Of a stretch of DNA of 62,761 nucleotides, positions 1-9,900 are shown one piece after another. Both the position numbers and the translations under genes were made by a program. The notes under the pieces were generated by a model. That model worked only from the letters and a program-made list of their open reading frames with translations, was not told where the DNA came from and searched no databases. The stretch is taken from positions 1 to 62,761 of the IMG/VR virus record IMGVR_UViG_3300044769_000128, one strand, 5' to 3'. The first letter of the stretch is position 1. Each line of letters starts with the position of its first letter. The DNA comes from a virus.

Positions 1-127
1 ATGCAATGCCAGCCTCCGCAATGGTTTTATACGGGGCGATCTCCCGGCCCGAGGACGATGTCAGCGTGTCGGGCGGCGCCATCGACGTTACGCACCGGCC
101 GCTCCGCTACGAACTCTCCTGGCGCTC
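1..127. repeat. Left copy of exact 127-bp terminal direct repeat (identical to 62635..62761); circular-genome or assembly-overlap signature
   Basis: Read base by base: the first 127 nt equal the last 127 nt. Confidence 0.95.
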
Positions 128-1274
128 GCTGATCCAAGTCGTCTCCACGGGCTTCGACGATATCCGCACGGTCACCATCTACGGCCAAGACATCACCGGC
201 AACGACGCCAGCGGAACGATTTCCCTGCAAGCCATGAGCCCGGTCAGCGGCGTGATCGAATTTCTCCGCGTCGATAAGATCGAAGTATCGTCGGCGCACC
301 CGACCTATACGATCTCGGTTATTCAGCAACTGGGCGCCCTGGTGATCCATCAGATCAATCCCGGCGAGACCGGCGCGTTCCGCATGTTCCTAAACGCCAA
401 CTCGAATACGGTGGAACCGCTCGACCGCCACGAAAAATTATTTTGGAAAAATACCGACGATAGCGATGTGCCGACCGAAGCTACCGTGCAACTGTCCCAT
501 GACGCCATCGGCAAGCTCACCATCGGGCTCGAGGCCACCATCGACGGCACGCAGTCGGTGCCCACGCGGCTAGACGATCCGGGTGTCACGTTTTATGACG
601 ACAATATTGCGGTGGGAGTGCCAGGCGGCACGTTGCCCGCGGGCTCGGCGATCGGCGTGTGGATCAGGCAAACGCTATCGGCCAACGACGGGCCGTATGA
701 TGCGTTCGGCGGGCTATTGTTTTGCGGCGAGTTCCCCGAGAACGCCAATGAGGGCTGCTGTCCCGAGTTGTTGGAGAACCCTTGTCTGTTTAACTGCGCT
801 CCCGGCGTCGGCGTCGATATCGATACATCGTTGCCCGAGGGCTGCGAGCCGCCCGAACCGCCGGAACCGCCCGTGCCGCCGGAGTGCCCGGCGCCCTGTC
901 CCTCGCCGGGACAAACGCATAGCGTCATCTATGACGGCGCGACGATCAACGGCGGGCCCGCTATCAACGTCGATCCGTTATCGGTGCCCGATGAAAATTA
1001 TTTAGTGACGGCGATCTACTTCCCGGCGCTGAACGTGATCTCGCTGGTGTGGTACGACGGCGAGAGTAATACCGAATTCGGCACCGTGCTCGGCTCGGTA
1101 TCGGCGACACTGGTCCCCGGCGATGAGTTGAGAATAAGCCACACCACGCGAGTCGGCGGAGCGCTTCAATTTAGCGTTTACGTCAACGATGCGCTGATTA
1201 TCGGGCCGGTCACCGACGCGGGCATCCCCGAAGATGATACCTGCTTTGCGTTTTTCACCTTGGAGGAAAGCTGA
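6..1274 (+). CDS. Virion/tail-associated protein, function unknown (Pro-rich hinge plus beta-rich C-terminal domain)
   Basis: 422-aa ORF. On the circle its ATG lies 6 nt after the TAA of 61089..62633. Hinge PEPPEPPVPPECPAPCPSP. Sits in the late block. Confidence 0.75.
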   Translation: MPASAMVLYGAISRPEDDVSVSGGAIDVTHRPLRYELSWRSLIQVVSTGFDDIRTVTIYGQDITGNDASGTISLQAMSPVSGVIEFLRVDKIEVSSAHPTYTISVIQQLGALVIHQINPGETGAFRMFLNANSNTVEPLDRHEKLFWKNTDDSDVPTEATVQLSHDAIGKLTIGLEATIDGTQSVPTRLDDPGVTFYDDNIAVGVPGGTLPAGSAIGVWIRQTLSANDGPYDAFGGLLFCGEFPENANEGCCPELLENPCLFNCAPGVGVDIDTSLPEGCEPPEPPEPPVPPECPAPCPSPGQTHSVIYDGATINGGPAINVDPLSVPDENYLVTAIYFPALNVISLVWYDGESNTEFGTVLGSVSATLVPGDELRISHTTRVGGALQFSVYVNDALIIGPVTDAGIPEDDTCFAFFTLEES

Positions 1275-2353
1275 TGACCGTCTCGCTTCCGACGGGCTGG
1301 ACCACTTCGACCTACGGCTGCGCGACCTGCCCCGAGGATACGGTCCCGATCGCGCCGCAAGATATAGACGTGGTGTTTTGCTACGACATTACGGGCGGCG
1401 TGCCGGACGGGACGATCTCGGGTAACAACGCCGGGCAGATGAATTTCGTCACCGGCGAACCGGGTAGCGAAAGCTTCGTTGCGATCTCGACTAACCAGTC
1501 GGGGTTTGCCGCTTCCTATCCATTGGTGACGGCCTATCAGGCTATCGAGGCGACCGGCGAGACGCTGGCCGGGATTACCGCACTGGCGCTACCGGGCGGC
1601 AGAACCGCCGACTTTATCGGCCAAAGCGCCGGCACGGGGCGAAACGGCCATACCGATGAGCGCTCGGTGTACCACACGCTGATTAACTTGAACCCGACGT
1701 ATTTAGGCAACGCCACCGTCATGGCGTACTTCTCCTATGATACCAATGTTGTCACACTGCTGTCGTTCCCGATCTCGAACACGCTTTACGCCGGCACCTG
1801 GGCCAAGCACAACGACAATTTTTATCATCTGACTTCGGCGCCGAACTCGATAGTTCGGTGGAGCATCGCCGCGGGCGGCGCGGAGGTTCTATCGACCGAT
1901 CTCTCGGCAATTATTCCCGATGATGCGTTCGTCCGGTCGATGCAGGGGACCGATGATTATCTCTATATCGCTGTCCGCGGCGGCGGCAATTCCAACTACT
2001 ACCGGCTCGATGCTACCACCATGGCGCTGGTGGCGACCTATGGCGGCATGCCTTCGGAACTCTTGAGCACGTTCGCCGTAAGCGACGATCTGCATCTGAT
2101 CTGGGCTCGCAACGGCATCAACTGGGATTTTTATTATTTCATCCCGTCCACGAGCACGCTCACCTTGATCGACACAGTGACCGGCTCTTGCTCGCCAACT
2201 ACCCAGGATCAGAGCGGGCAGCTTTCGATGCAGTACAACAAGGGGTATATCTACATATCGAGCGGCGCAGAGAGCAACGGCGCACCGAACATCACCAAGA
2301 TCGGGCCGCTGCTGTGCCCCGGCCTGGACGTGCCGATCGGGAGTATCCTGTGA
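1274..2353 (+). CDS. Virion-associated hypothetical protein
   Basis: 359-aa ORF. ATG overlaps the upstream TGA (TGATG coupling). Beta-rich, repeat-like composition. Confidence 0.7.
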   Translation: MTVSLPTGWTTSTYGCATCPEDTVPIAPQDIDVVFCYDITGGVPDGTISGNNAGQMNFVTGEPGSESFVAISTNQSGFAASYPLVTAYQAIEATGETLAGITALALPGGRTADFIGQSAGTGRNGHTDERSVYHTLINLNPTYLGNATVMAYFSYDTNVVTLLSFPISNTLYAGTWAKHNDNFYHLTSAPNSIVRWSIAAGGAEVLSTDLSAIIPDDAFVRSMQGTDDYLYIAVRGGGNSNYYRLDATTMALVATYGGMPSELLSTFAVSDDLHLIWARNGINWDFYYFIPSTSTLTLIDTVTGSCSPTTQDQSGQLSMQYNKGYIYISSGAESNGAPNITKIGPLLCPGLDVPIGSIL

Positions 2354-2748
2354 TCGAGCTGCGAATCGAAAACCCGGAGACCAACGAGGAGCGCGTGTTG
2401 CGGCCGGGAGATAAGCTTGCGCCGCCGTGGCGTGTTGTCGGCATGGTCGGCGTTGCCAAGCCGAAACGCTCGATCCAAAGACATGCGACAAGTATCCGCA
2501 CCGTCAACGTCGACGACAAGCTGAACAAGCTCGCCGCGCTGTTGGCGATTCCGGCCGCCGATATCCTACACACCGTCGGTAGAGCGCTGGGCATCAACTG
2601 CGCGTACTGCCAACTGCGCTTTCAGATTTGGAAGAAGGCCGAGGAGATCGGCTGGTTGAAAGTGATTTACTTGACGGCGAGATCCATCAAGGCGCAAATG
2701 CAGCACGACGAGCAAGCGATCGAAGCGATGGCGAAGGAGTTGGAATAA
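2350..2748 (+). CDS. Hypothetical protein
   Basis: GTG at 2350 overlaps the upstream stop (GTGA). The upstream part of track ORF 2188.. overlaps the previous gene. Confidence 0.55.
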   Translation: MIELRIENPETNEERVLRPGDKLAPPWRVVGMVGVAKPKRSIQRHATSIRTVNVDDKLNKLAALLAIPAADILHTVGRALGINCAYCQLRFQIWKKAEEIGWLKVIYLTARSIKAQMQHDEQAIEAMAKELE

Positions 2749-3470
2749 TGGCCCAATGCTGCGCCGAGGGATTTTTCTTGTGGGAGGCGACTTGTCCCAC
2801 CTTCATCGCCAACCCACCGGCCGGGCTTATATCCGAGCAGAAGGGCGTCACGCGCCATATCCCGCAGCCGGAAATGCCGATCATGGAACCGGCCAAGGGA
2901 CTGAAGGACGCCATCCCCGCGCCGGTGTCGGCCGCGCAGCCGCCCAAGGTTGTGCAAGATATGAAGATGGCGACGTTCGATCAGAACTTCAGTACGACGA
3001 ACGATAACATCGATTCGATTCTCCGCTATCTCCGCGAGTCGCGCGTGCTGTCCGACACGACGTATGACGAACTCGCCAAGCGGGTAAACGAAATCTCTGA
3101 ATCCACCGATGTCGCGTATGCGTATGACGCGCTCGCGTCCGATCTCACCGATGAGCCGATGATCGGCGGGCCGGGCGAGCGCGGCTACGTGCAGACCAAA
3201 CAGGGAACGATGGTGATCCTCGCCGTGCGCGCTTCCGAAGCGATTCTCACCGGCAGCATCACGGTCAGCGTACAAAAGAATGGCGTTTCCAACGGTTTTA
3301 CAGTATCGTTGCTTCCGACAGATGAAGATCCGACCTACGCATTCAATAGAGTCGATCCTGGGACTTACAATTACGCAGCCGGAGATATCTTATCGACGAC
3401 TGTAACGACATCGGCGGGGCTCACGCCCGCAGTCGATATCGATGTGTCTCTAGGATTGGTGCATGGATAA
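2748..3470 (+). CDS. Hypothetical virion-module protein
   Basis: ATG at 2748 overlaps the upstream TAA (TAATG). 240 aa with non-repetitive composition. Confidence 0.65.
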   Translation: MAQCCAEGFFLWEATCPTFIANPPAGLISEQKGVTRHIPQPEMPIMEPAKGLKDAIPAPVSAAQPPKVVQDMKMATFDQNFSTTNDNIDSILRYLRESRVLSDTTYDELAKRVNEISESTDVAYAYDALASDLTDEPMIGGPGERGYVQTKQGTMVILAVRASEAILTGSITVSVQKNGVSNGFTVSLLPTDEDPTYAFNRVDPGTYNYAAGDILSTTVTTSAGLTPAVDIDVSLGLVHG

Positions 3471-3966
3471 AGCTGAAAAGGTCGTTCAACTCCACCCCTT
3501 CACGCTCCTCGAATTCGAAAAAGGCGAAATCACGTCGCGCTACTATTGGCCCGACCTGATCGACCGCGCTCGCAACTTCATCACCAAATGGGAAGCCGAC
3601 ACCGATCCGGTGTGGCTGTTCAACGAACTGAATACGGCCTTCATGGTTGGTGGCGGGACGTGGCTCGTCATGGCAGAGCTCGATCAGGAGAGTGAAAAAC
3701 TCTGTGGCCACATGCTCGCGCAGACGATGCCGTATTTGAACCTCGGCCAAGTGATCATGATTCATCAACTTGAGTGCGACGTTGAGAGTAGCGACATGAT
3801 CGCCCGCGGCTGGAAACGCATTCAGGAATGGGCGTGCGAGAAAAATATCCGTTACGTTTTGACCTTCGCGCGCAATCAGGCCGTGGCGCGGCTCTACCGG
3901 CAGAAGTACGGATTTAAAGATCGTCGGGTTCTGCAATCCTTCGATATGCTCAAGCGAAAGGACTAA
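3463..3966 (+). CDS. Putative GNAT-fold acetyltransferase-like protein
   Basis: 167 aa. C-terminal layout IRYVLTFARNQAVARLYRQKYGFK resembles GNAT beta5-alpha4-beta6. The canonical R/QxxGxG/A loop is not evident. Confidence 0.4.
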   Translation: MDKAEKVVQLHPFTLLEFEKGEITSRYYWPDLIDRARNFITKWEADTDPVWLFNELNTAFMVGGGTWLVMAELDQESEKLCGHMLAQTMPYLNLGQVIMIHQLECDVESSDMIARGWKRIQEWACEKNIRYVLTFARNQAVARLYRQKYGFKDRRVLQSFDMLKRKD

Positions 3967-3968
3967 CT

Positions 3969-4667
3969 ATGTCAGGTGGCGGCAGTACAGGTGGCGGAAC
4001 CACCGAAACCAAAGCGAGCATAGCGCCCGAGCTCCAACCGTTGTTCAAGCAGACGGCGGGCACGGTGATGGATTTGCAAAGCAATCCAAACGCTAATCTC
4101 GCGCCGTATTTATCCAGCAACCCGCAGCAGATCCCGCAAATGTCGCCCGAGCAGATGCAGGTGTTGCAGTTTCAAGGCAACCGCGCTTTCGGGCCGATGA
4201 CCACCGGGGCGGAAAACGCGGGGCTCAATCAATACGCGCAATTATTCGGCGGGCAGATCGGCCAATCACCGTACACGCAGCAGGCGATTCAAGCGGCGTC
4301 GAGGCCGGGGATGAACGAGCTCGCGCTCGCGGGACTCGGCAACTCGTCCGCGGTGGGCAACGTGATGAGCGAGGCGGCGTTGCCGTATATTTCGAAGGAA
4401 ATAGATATGCGCTACAACGCGGTGCCGCAGCTGTTCAACCTCGGGCAAACGCTGTCGGGCCGCCAATCGGCGCTACTTGGGGAATACGGCCAGGGACTTG
4501 GGCAACAGCAGGACTTAGCCTCACAACAGGCGGAAGCGAATTTCAACGACTTCTTGCGGCGTCAATCGTTGTCGCAATCTTTAACCACCGGCGTACTCGG
4601 CACGTTGCCGACCACCGGGCTCACTAATAGCACCAGTAAATCCACGCAAAGCGGCGGGTCGAAGTAA
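3969..4667 (+). CDS. Gly/Gln-rich internal-virion-like protein
   Basis: 232-aa ORF just upstream of the giant lytic-transglycosylase protein. Low-complexity Q/G/S composition. Confidence 0.6.
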   Translation: MSGGGSTGGGTTETKASIAPELQPLFKQTAGTVMDLQSNPNANLAPYLSSNPQQIPQMSPEQMQVLQFQGNRAFGPMTTGAENAGLNQYAQLFGGQIGQSPYTQQAIQAASRPGMNELALAGLGNSSAVGNVMSEAALPYISKEIDMRYNAVPQLFNLGQTLSGRQSALLGEYGQGLGQQQDLASQQAEANFNDFLRRQSLSQSLTTGVLGTLPTTGLTNSTSKSTQSGGSK

Positions 4668-5204
4668 ATGGACATGTTGCTTAACGGCGTCGGTACGCCT
4701 CCATTCTTCCCTCCTAGCGAAACTAGGATGCCTACCGGCGGCACGCCACCGTTTTTTCCAGAACAGCCAAGGAAAGGAAATTTTATGGCAGATCCAATTT
4801 CAGCAATGTTAGCAGCCGCAGCGCCGGCCGCGATGGGCACAGCAGCGGCGGTCCCCGCAGGACTCGGCATTCCCGGCATTGGTGCAGCCCTTGGCGCAGG
4901 CGCCGAAGCAGCCACAGCAGCGGCTCCCAACATGCTCGCCAAGGGACTCGGCGGCATCGGCCAAGCGGCCGGAATGAGCGCTGTCAACCAAGGCGTCAAC
5001 AACATGATGGGCGGCGACCAGCAGGCCGCACCGCCTCCGCCTCCCGTGCGGCCGAACGCAGCGCCACCAAGTCCTATCGGGAATACAGCCTTTCAGACGC
5101 CATCGGCGCGAAGGCCGGTTCAACCCAGCGGCGGCGGTCAGAACATGGGTGGCATGAGCCTTCAGCAAATGTTGGAGATGAAGAAGCGCGGGCTGATGGG
5201 GTAG
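4668..5204 (+). CDS. Ala/Gly/Pro-rich low-complexity protein
   Basis: ATG directly follows the upstream TAA. The G-T-P-P-F-F-P motif occurs twice near the N-terminus. Confidence 0.55.
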   Translation: MDMLLNGVGTPPFFPPSETRMPTGGTPPFFPEQPRKGNFMADPISAMLAAAAPAAMGTAAAVPAGLGIPGIGAALGAGAEAATAAAPNMLAKGLGGIGQAAGMSAVNQGVNNMMGGDQQAAPPPPPVRPNAAPPSPIGNTAFQTPSARRPVQPSGGGQNMGGMSLQQMLEMKKRGLMG

Positions 5205-5213
5205 GAGAACGCC

Positions 5214-6911
5214 ATGGGCTTTAATCTTCTCGACGACTTCATGAAATTCATGAACGGGAATCCCGACGATCCCGCTCAAAATTCCATACTTCAGAACATG
5301 GGGCTCGCGGCGAATAGTCAGACCAACCCGACGATCAATGAATTGAGAAGCAACATGAACGGGCGCGCGGTCAATCCGCTCAGCGAACCGTGGCTGGGTT
5401 CGGTCCTGCCGTACCCCGGCATGAACCCCGAAATGCCCGGACGGGCCGTGTTGCAAGAGCAGCCACAGCCGCCACCGCAGCCACAAGCACCGCCGCAGCA
5501 GCAGGACGGTATGGCGACCACGGCGGTCGGCGACGGCCCGATGTACTCGACACCAGGGGGTCAGCAGGCTTCGATAACGAATCCGCAATCAATAACACTC
5601 ACGCCGCCATTAAGCGCGGAGGAGCAACAAAGGAAACAACAACAACAGACGCCACAACCGCCACCGCCACCGCGGGGCATGATGGAATCGTTCATCGAGC
5701 AGCTACCGGAACTCGCGCTGTCTGGCTTTGCCAACATCGGCCGCGGCGGGATGCGCTACGGCAACACCGCCGGATATGTCGGCCTCGGTGCGCTCCGCGG
5801 GCTACAGGGGATGGCGATGCCGTTCGCCAAGTCGTTGCACGACGATCGGTTGACGGCGCGTAAAGACGCCGACCGCGCCGCTGCGCTCGCCCAATACTCG
5901 CAAGCGATGGGACACTCGCCCCAGGAAGCCGCCAGGACTGCCGCGACGGGGAATCTCGGCGCGCACGTCAATGTCGGCGAGATGGCAGTAGCGCAAGGGA
6001 TGCAGGACAAGGCCGAAGCCAAACGCGAACTCAACGAAACGATTCAACTCGCAGCACCGGAACTCGCCAAAGCTGACCCGATGCTCCGCGGTCTCGCCAT
6101 CGCTCAAGCCAAGGCCGGGAAAATGGATTGGATGGTGAACATCGTCGCCGGTCAACGGTTATCGCCCGCGACCCGCGTGGCCATCTCCAATGGGCACACG
6201 CTCACTTCGCCAATGCTGGTTGAGATCGGTTCTCTGCCGAGCGACATGCAGCAGAAATTCTTCGACATGAATGCCAAGATGGCGGCAACTGAAGCTGGCC
6301 GACTACGCAAGATCGGCGATGTAATCAATACCGACGTCGACATTCCCAACAAGGGAACTTTCCGAATACCGATGCAGGTGGTCGGGCACGATCAGCGCGG
6401 CGTGCCGATCTGGGAGCAGATGAAAGGCCCGGACGGTCAGCCGATCATGGGATCGAAGTTTAATCCCGACGGCACCAGCGCGGACCAGGTCCAGAAGCAA
6501 ATGCTATCGGATAGCCGCTTTTGGGCCACCTATACAAGGAAACGCGCCGATCTTGCCAAAGAACTAGAGGCTTTGAGTGACGATGAAAGCATTATCAATC
6601 GTCCACCGGACGGAGTGGAAACCCCCACGGCTAAACTCGCGCGCGAAAACCAGCGTGCGAAAGCGCTAGACGATTACAAGCGCCGCAAAGAACTCCTCGA
6701 TAAAGAGAGAGATGAAGGGCCGCCGATCGTCATGGGCAAAGCGACGAAGGAAACAGCCGGCGCACCGAAGCCGCCGCCGGGCGGTGCCAACGGCAGAAGA
6801 TTCGAGTCGCTACCACCGGCCTCTCAATTCCCAGACAAGTTCGCCACCGACACCGTTACCGGCAAACGAATGCGCTCCGACGGTACGAAGTGGATTCCAG
6901 CGGAATACTAA
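5214..6911 (+). CDS. Gln/Pro-rich internal-virion-like protein
   Basis: 565-aa ORF with GGAG-type RBS upstream. QPQPPPQPQAPPQQQ tract, then a helical charged region. Confidence 0.65.
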   Translation: MGFNLLDDFMKFMNGNPDDPAQNSILQNMGLAANSQTNPTINELRSNMNGRAVNPLSEPWLGSVLPYPGMNPEMPGRAVLQEQPQPPPQPQAPPQQQDGMATTAVGDGPMYSTPGGQQASITNPQSITLTPPLSAEEQQRKQQQQTPQPPPPPRGMMESFIEQLPELALSGFANIGRGGMRYGNTAGYVGLGALRGLQGMAMPFAKSLHDDRLTARKDADRAAALAQYSQAMGHSPQEAARTAATGNLGAHVNVGEMAVAQGMQDKAEAKRELNETIQLAAPELAKADPMLRGLAIAQAKAGKMDWMVNIVAGQRLSPATRVAISNGHTLTSPMLVEIGSLPSDMQQKFFDMNAKMAATEAGRLRKIGDVINTDVDIPNKGTFRIPMQVVGHDQRGVPIWEQMKGPDGQPIMGSKFNPDGTSADQVQKQMLSDSRFWATYTRKRADLAKELEALSDDESIINRPPDGVETPTAKLARENQRAKALDDYKRRKELLDKERDEGPPIVMGKATKETAGAPKPPPGGANGRRFESLPPASQFPDKFATDTVTGKRMRSDGTKWIPAEY

Positions 6912-9900
6912 ATGGCATGGATCATCGAAGGTGATGCCGCACCACCGCCGCCGCCACAATCGATCAACCCTGATCTGATCAGCCAAGAACTGCGCCGACG
7001 CGGGCTAAGTGATGCGCACGCGCAGGGCATCATCAGCAACATCCAACGCGAATCTGGGTTCAACCCCGCCGCCATGGGCGACCAGGGCACCGCACACGGG
7101 CTGTTCCAACACCGACTCGATCGCGCCGATGCGCTCAAGAAAACCGTTCCCGATTGGCAGACCAACTGGATGGGACAAGTCGACTTTGCGCTTAACGAGC
7201 CGGAAGGCAAAGCCTACCAAGCGCAACAATTCGCTAATCCCGCCGCCGCGACGACATGGTTCAAGGACAAGTTTGAACGGCCCGCCGGCACGGCTGCGCC
7301 GTCACAGGGGCGATGGGTAATCGAGGACGCCCCCAAGGTCACGGCACCCAAGGCGCCGCAATCCGATTATCAGAAACGAGCGGAAATACTCCGTGAGTCC
7401 TACAAGTATAAAACGACGCCCGCCGATCCGGCGGCATTCCTGTTTCCGCCCGAGACCCGCGAACCCTCGCCACTGGTCGCGCAGGCGACCGAGTTCGGCA
7501 AGCAAATTGGCCCGGCACTCTTGCAATCGCTGGCCCCACCAAAAACTCGCGAGACCTCACCGTTAGTAACCGATTTTGGTAAGCAGCTGGGTCCGGCGGC
7601 TTGGAGTGGCGTTCAGACGATCTCCCAGGCTATCGCGCCGTGGGTAACTCCCTTCCCCGGTATCGTCAATCCAGCATTGGGAGCGCTCGACCAAAAGATT
7701 GCCAGCGCGACAGGTACGCAGCCGCCCGCGCCGGTCCCGGCCGGTCCCAAGGACATGAGCGCGCTCAATCCTATGCCCGAGGCCGTGACGTCGCTATTCC
7801 AAGCGGGGCAACAGATCGCGCAGAAGGTCGGACTCGGCAAGGAATTCGATGCGCTAACCAACATGTATCCGGTTTACGGGCCGATGTCGGCGGTCGTCCC
7901 GGCTGCGCAGTGGGCGAAGTCGAAGATGCCAGGTGCCAAGGCGCCGCCTGCGCCGCCACCGCGACCCTTTGGCGCGGAGCCTTCATTCGTCGACGAACTA
8001 CCAAAGCCTAAGCCACCAGCGCCACCACCCGCACCAGAAGCCAAGCCGATCGAACTGCGGGAAGCCGACGTGGTTGCGCCGTCCGGGCCGATGCAGCCGG
8101 AAGCGCCAAAACCGCCGATCGCTTTCAAGAACGTGCCCGCAGACCCGCTGGAACATTATCTCCGAACCGGCGAGCGTCCCGTCGGCCTCCCGCCTGAACA
8201 AAAGGCGAGAATCATGGCCTCCGAAGGACTTCGTCGCCAAGTCGCAAACGGCAAGATAAGCGTCGATGAGGCCGTAGCGCGAAGTAAGGGTATCGCCGGT
8301 GATTTTACCGAAGCGGACGCCACGGCGATGGCGCAACGCGAAGGAGATATCCTTAGAGAGCAAGCGCCGCCAAAACCGCCTCCCGTTGCGCCGGCAGTAG
8401 CAAAAGTAGCAGAAGTAGCACCGCAGGAACCGCCCCTAAAACCGCCAGAATCGCCCGTAGCGGCATCCGCGGTCGAACCGGCACAAAGCCTTGCGCCACC
8501 GCCCGTAGCGCAGCCAGCGGCCAAGGGCGCACGCAGGAAGCGGGCGTCTCAGGCACAGCCGGAAGAAAATCTAAGCTTGTCCCAGTGGACCAAGAATAAC
8601 GGGGGTGCACCGGCCCAGGAACTCAGGGGCGAGGCCCGCCGGTTGATGAGGGAAAAGAATGTTCCCGGCATGTGGAGCAATGACCCCGACTACTCACTGA
8701 ACGAACTCGCCGAGATGGCGCACGCGCAAGGGTTTATCGACGCGCCGGAAACTCCCGCCTACTTGGCGGCGCTCCGTGATGATCTGACCGGCAAGCCGGT
8801 CCTGTCCGCACACCGCGAGGGATTTCAGAGTGGGGTCGAGCAGCAGACCAAGGCCGAATTCAGGAAGCAGGACATAGCGGACATATACGATGCCGTCGAA
8901 CGGATTGAACGCACCGATCAAGGGTATAAGGATTTGCTGGCCCTAGCCGAGAGCGGATCGCCCGCGGTCAAAGAGGCGGCGAGACGCCAACTGTTAAAAC
9001 TATGGCCCGATATTTTCGAGGACACGCCGCCGGTGTTTACCTCGCCCAAGGAACCGCCTGAAGTCAGCGCCGAAGTCGTGCGCCGGGGTGAAGAAGCCAA
9101 GCTGGCGGAGCCTTCCGACTTCAAGCCCGTGCAAGCTGACCGCCCGATGGTCAACCGCAAGGGCGAGAAACTTGTAGGGCAACGGAAGGATCAGATGCCC
9201 GCGGTGGGGCCGCCGGACGATTTCAGATTAACGTCCGAAGTCACGGCACCGCCGCCGAAGCCAGGTGAGAAGCAAGGCGAGCTCGCCGGGGTCGCGTCGG
9301 CAGAGACCGGGCGCAAGGTGCCGGAGGGCGCGACCAAGGGCACGCGCCAGCAGAGCGCCAAGCCGACGGAACTAGAAAAGATCGTCGCCGACGCCGAGGA
9401 AAAGGCCAATCAGTTCGTGCTCAAGGAAACTAATTCGACTTTGGCGCCCGAGGAAATGGACGCACTGCTCAAGGCGGCTAAGAACAACCCCCGCGGTGGT
9501 GTGGGTGTTCCCGGTGAGCCGCTGTTTATCAAAGGCAAAGATCTCCGTGATCTGGAATATGACTACGCCAAAGCGGTGACGGCAAAGCTGCCGGTGGACG
9601 CCACGGGCGGCGACCCGATCTGGCTGACGCGAAAGAAGGTTGCTTTCAACAAGGGAACAGGCGTTCAAAGCTTGTTGCCTAACTCGCTGGTGTACCGGGG
9701 CGTTAAAGCAGGCGAGAAAATGCTCGAAGTCATCGACGAGCATCCCGATCAGGTGCGCGGCATTCGCAACTACCTTCGCGAGACCGCCAAGGACACTTTT
9801 GAACCGATCACCAATCCAAACGTGTGGAAGCTGTGGGATATGCCCGGAGCTCGCGCTTGGGCCGAAGATCATATTCAGTTCGGTCCCAATACCGGCGGCT

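Noticed and set aside
1-127. Treating the 127-bp end repeat as a biological direct terminal repeat or as a duplicated gene fragment.
   Set aside because: It is a perfect copy that truncates the window mid-ORF at both ends, which is the pattern of assembler overlap on a circular molecule. It is kept as a repeat feature, and no biological terminus is claimed.
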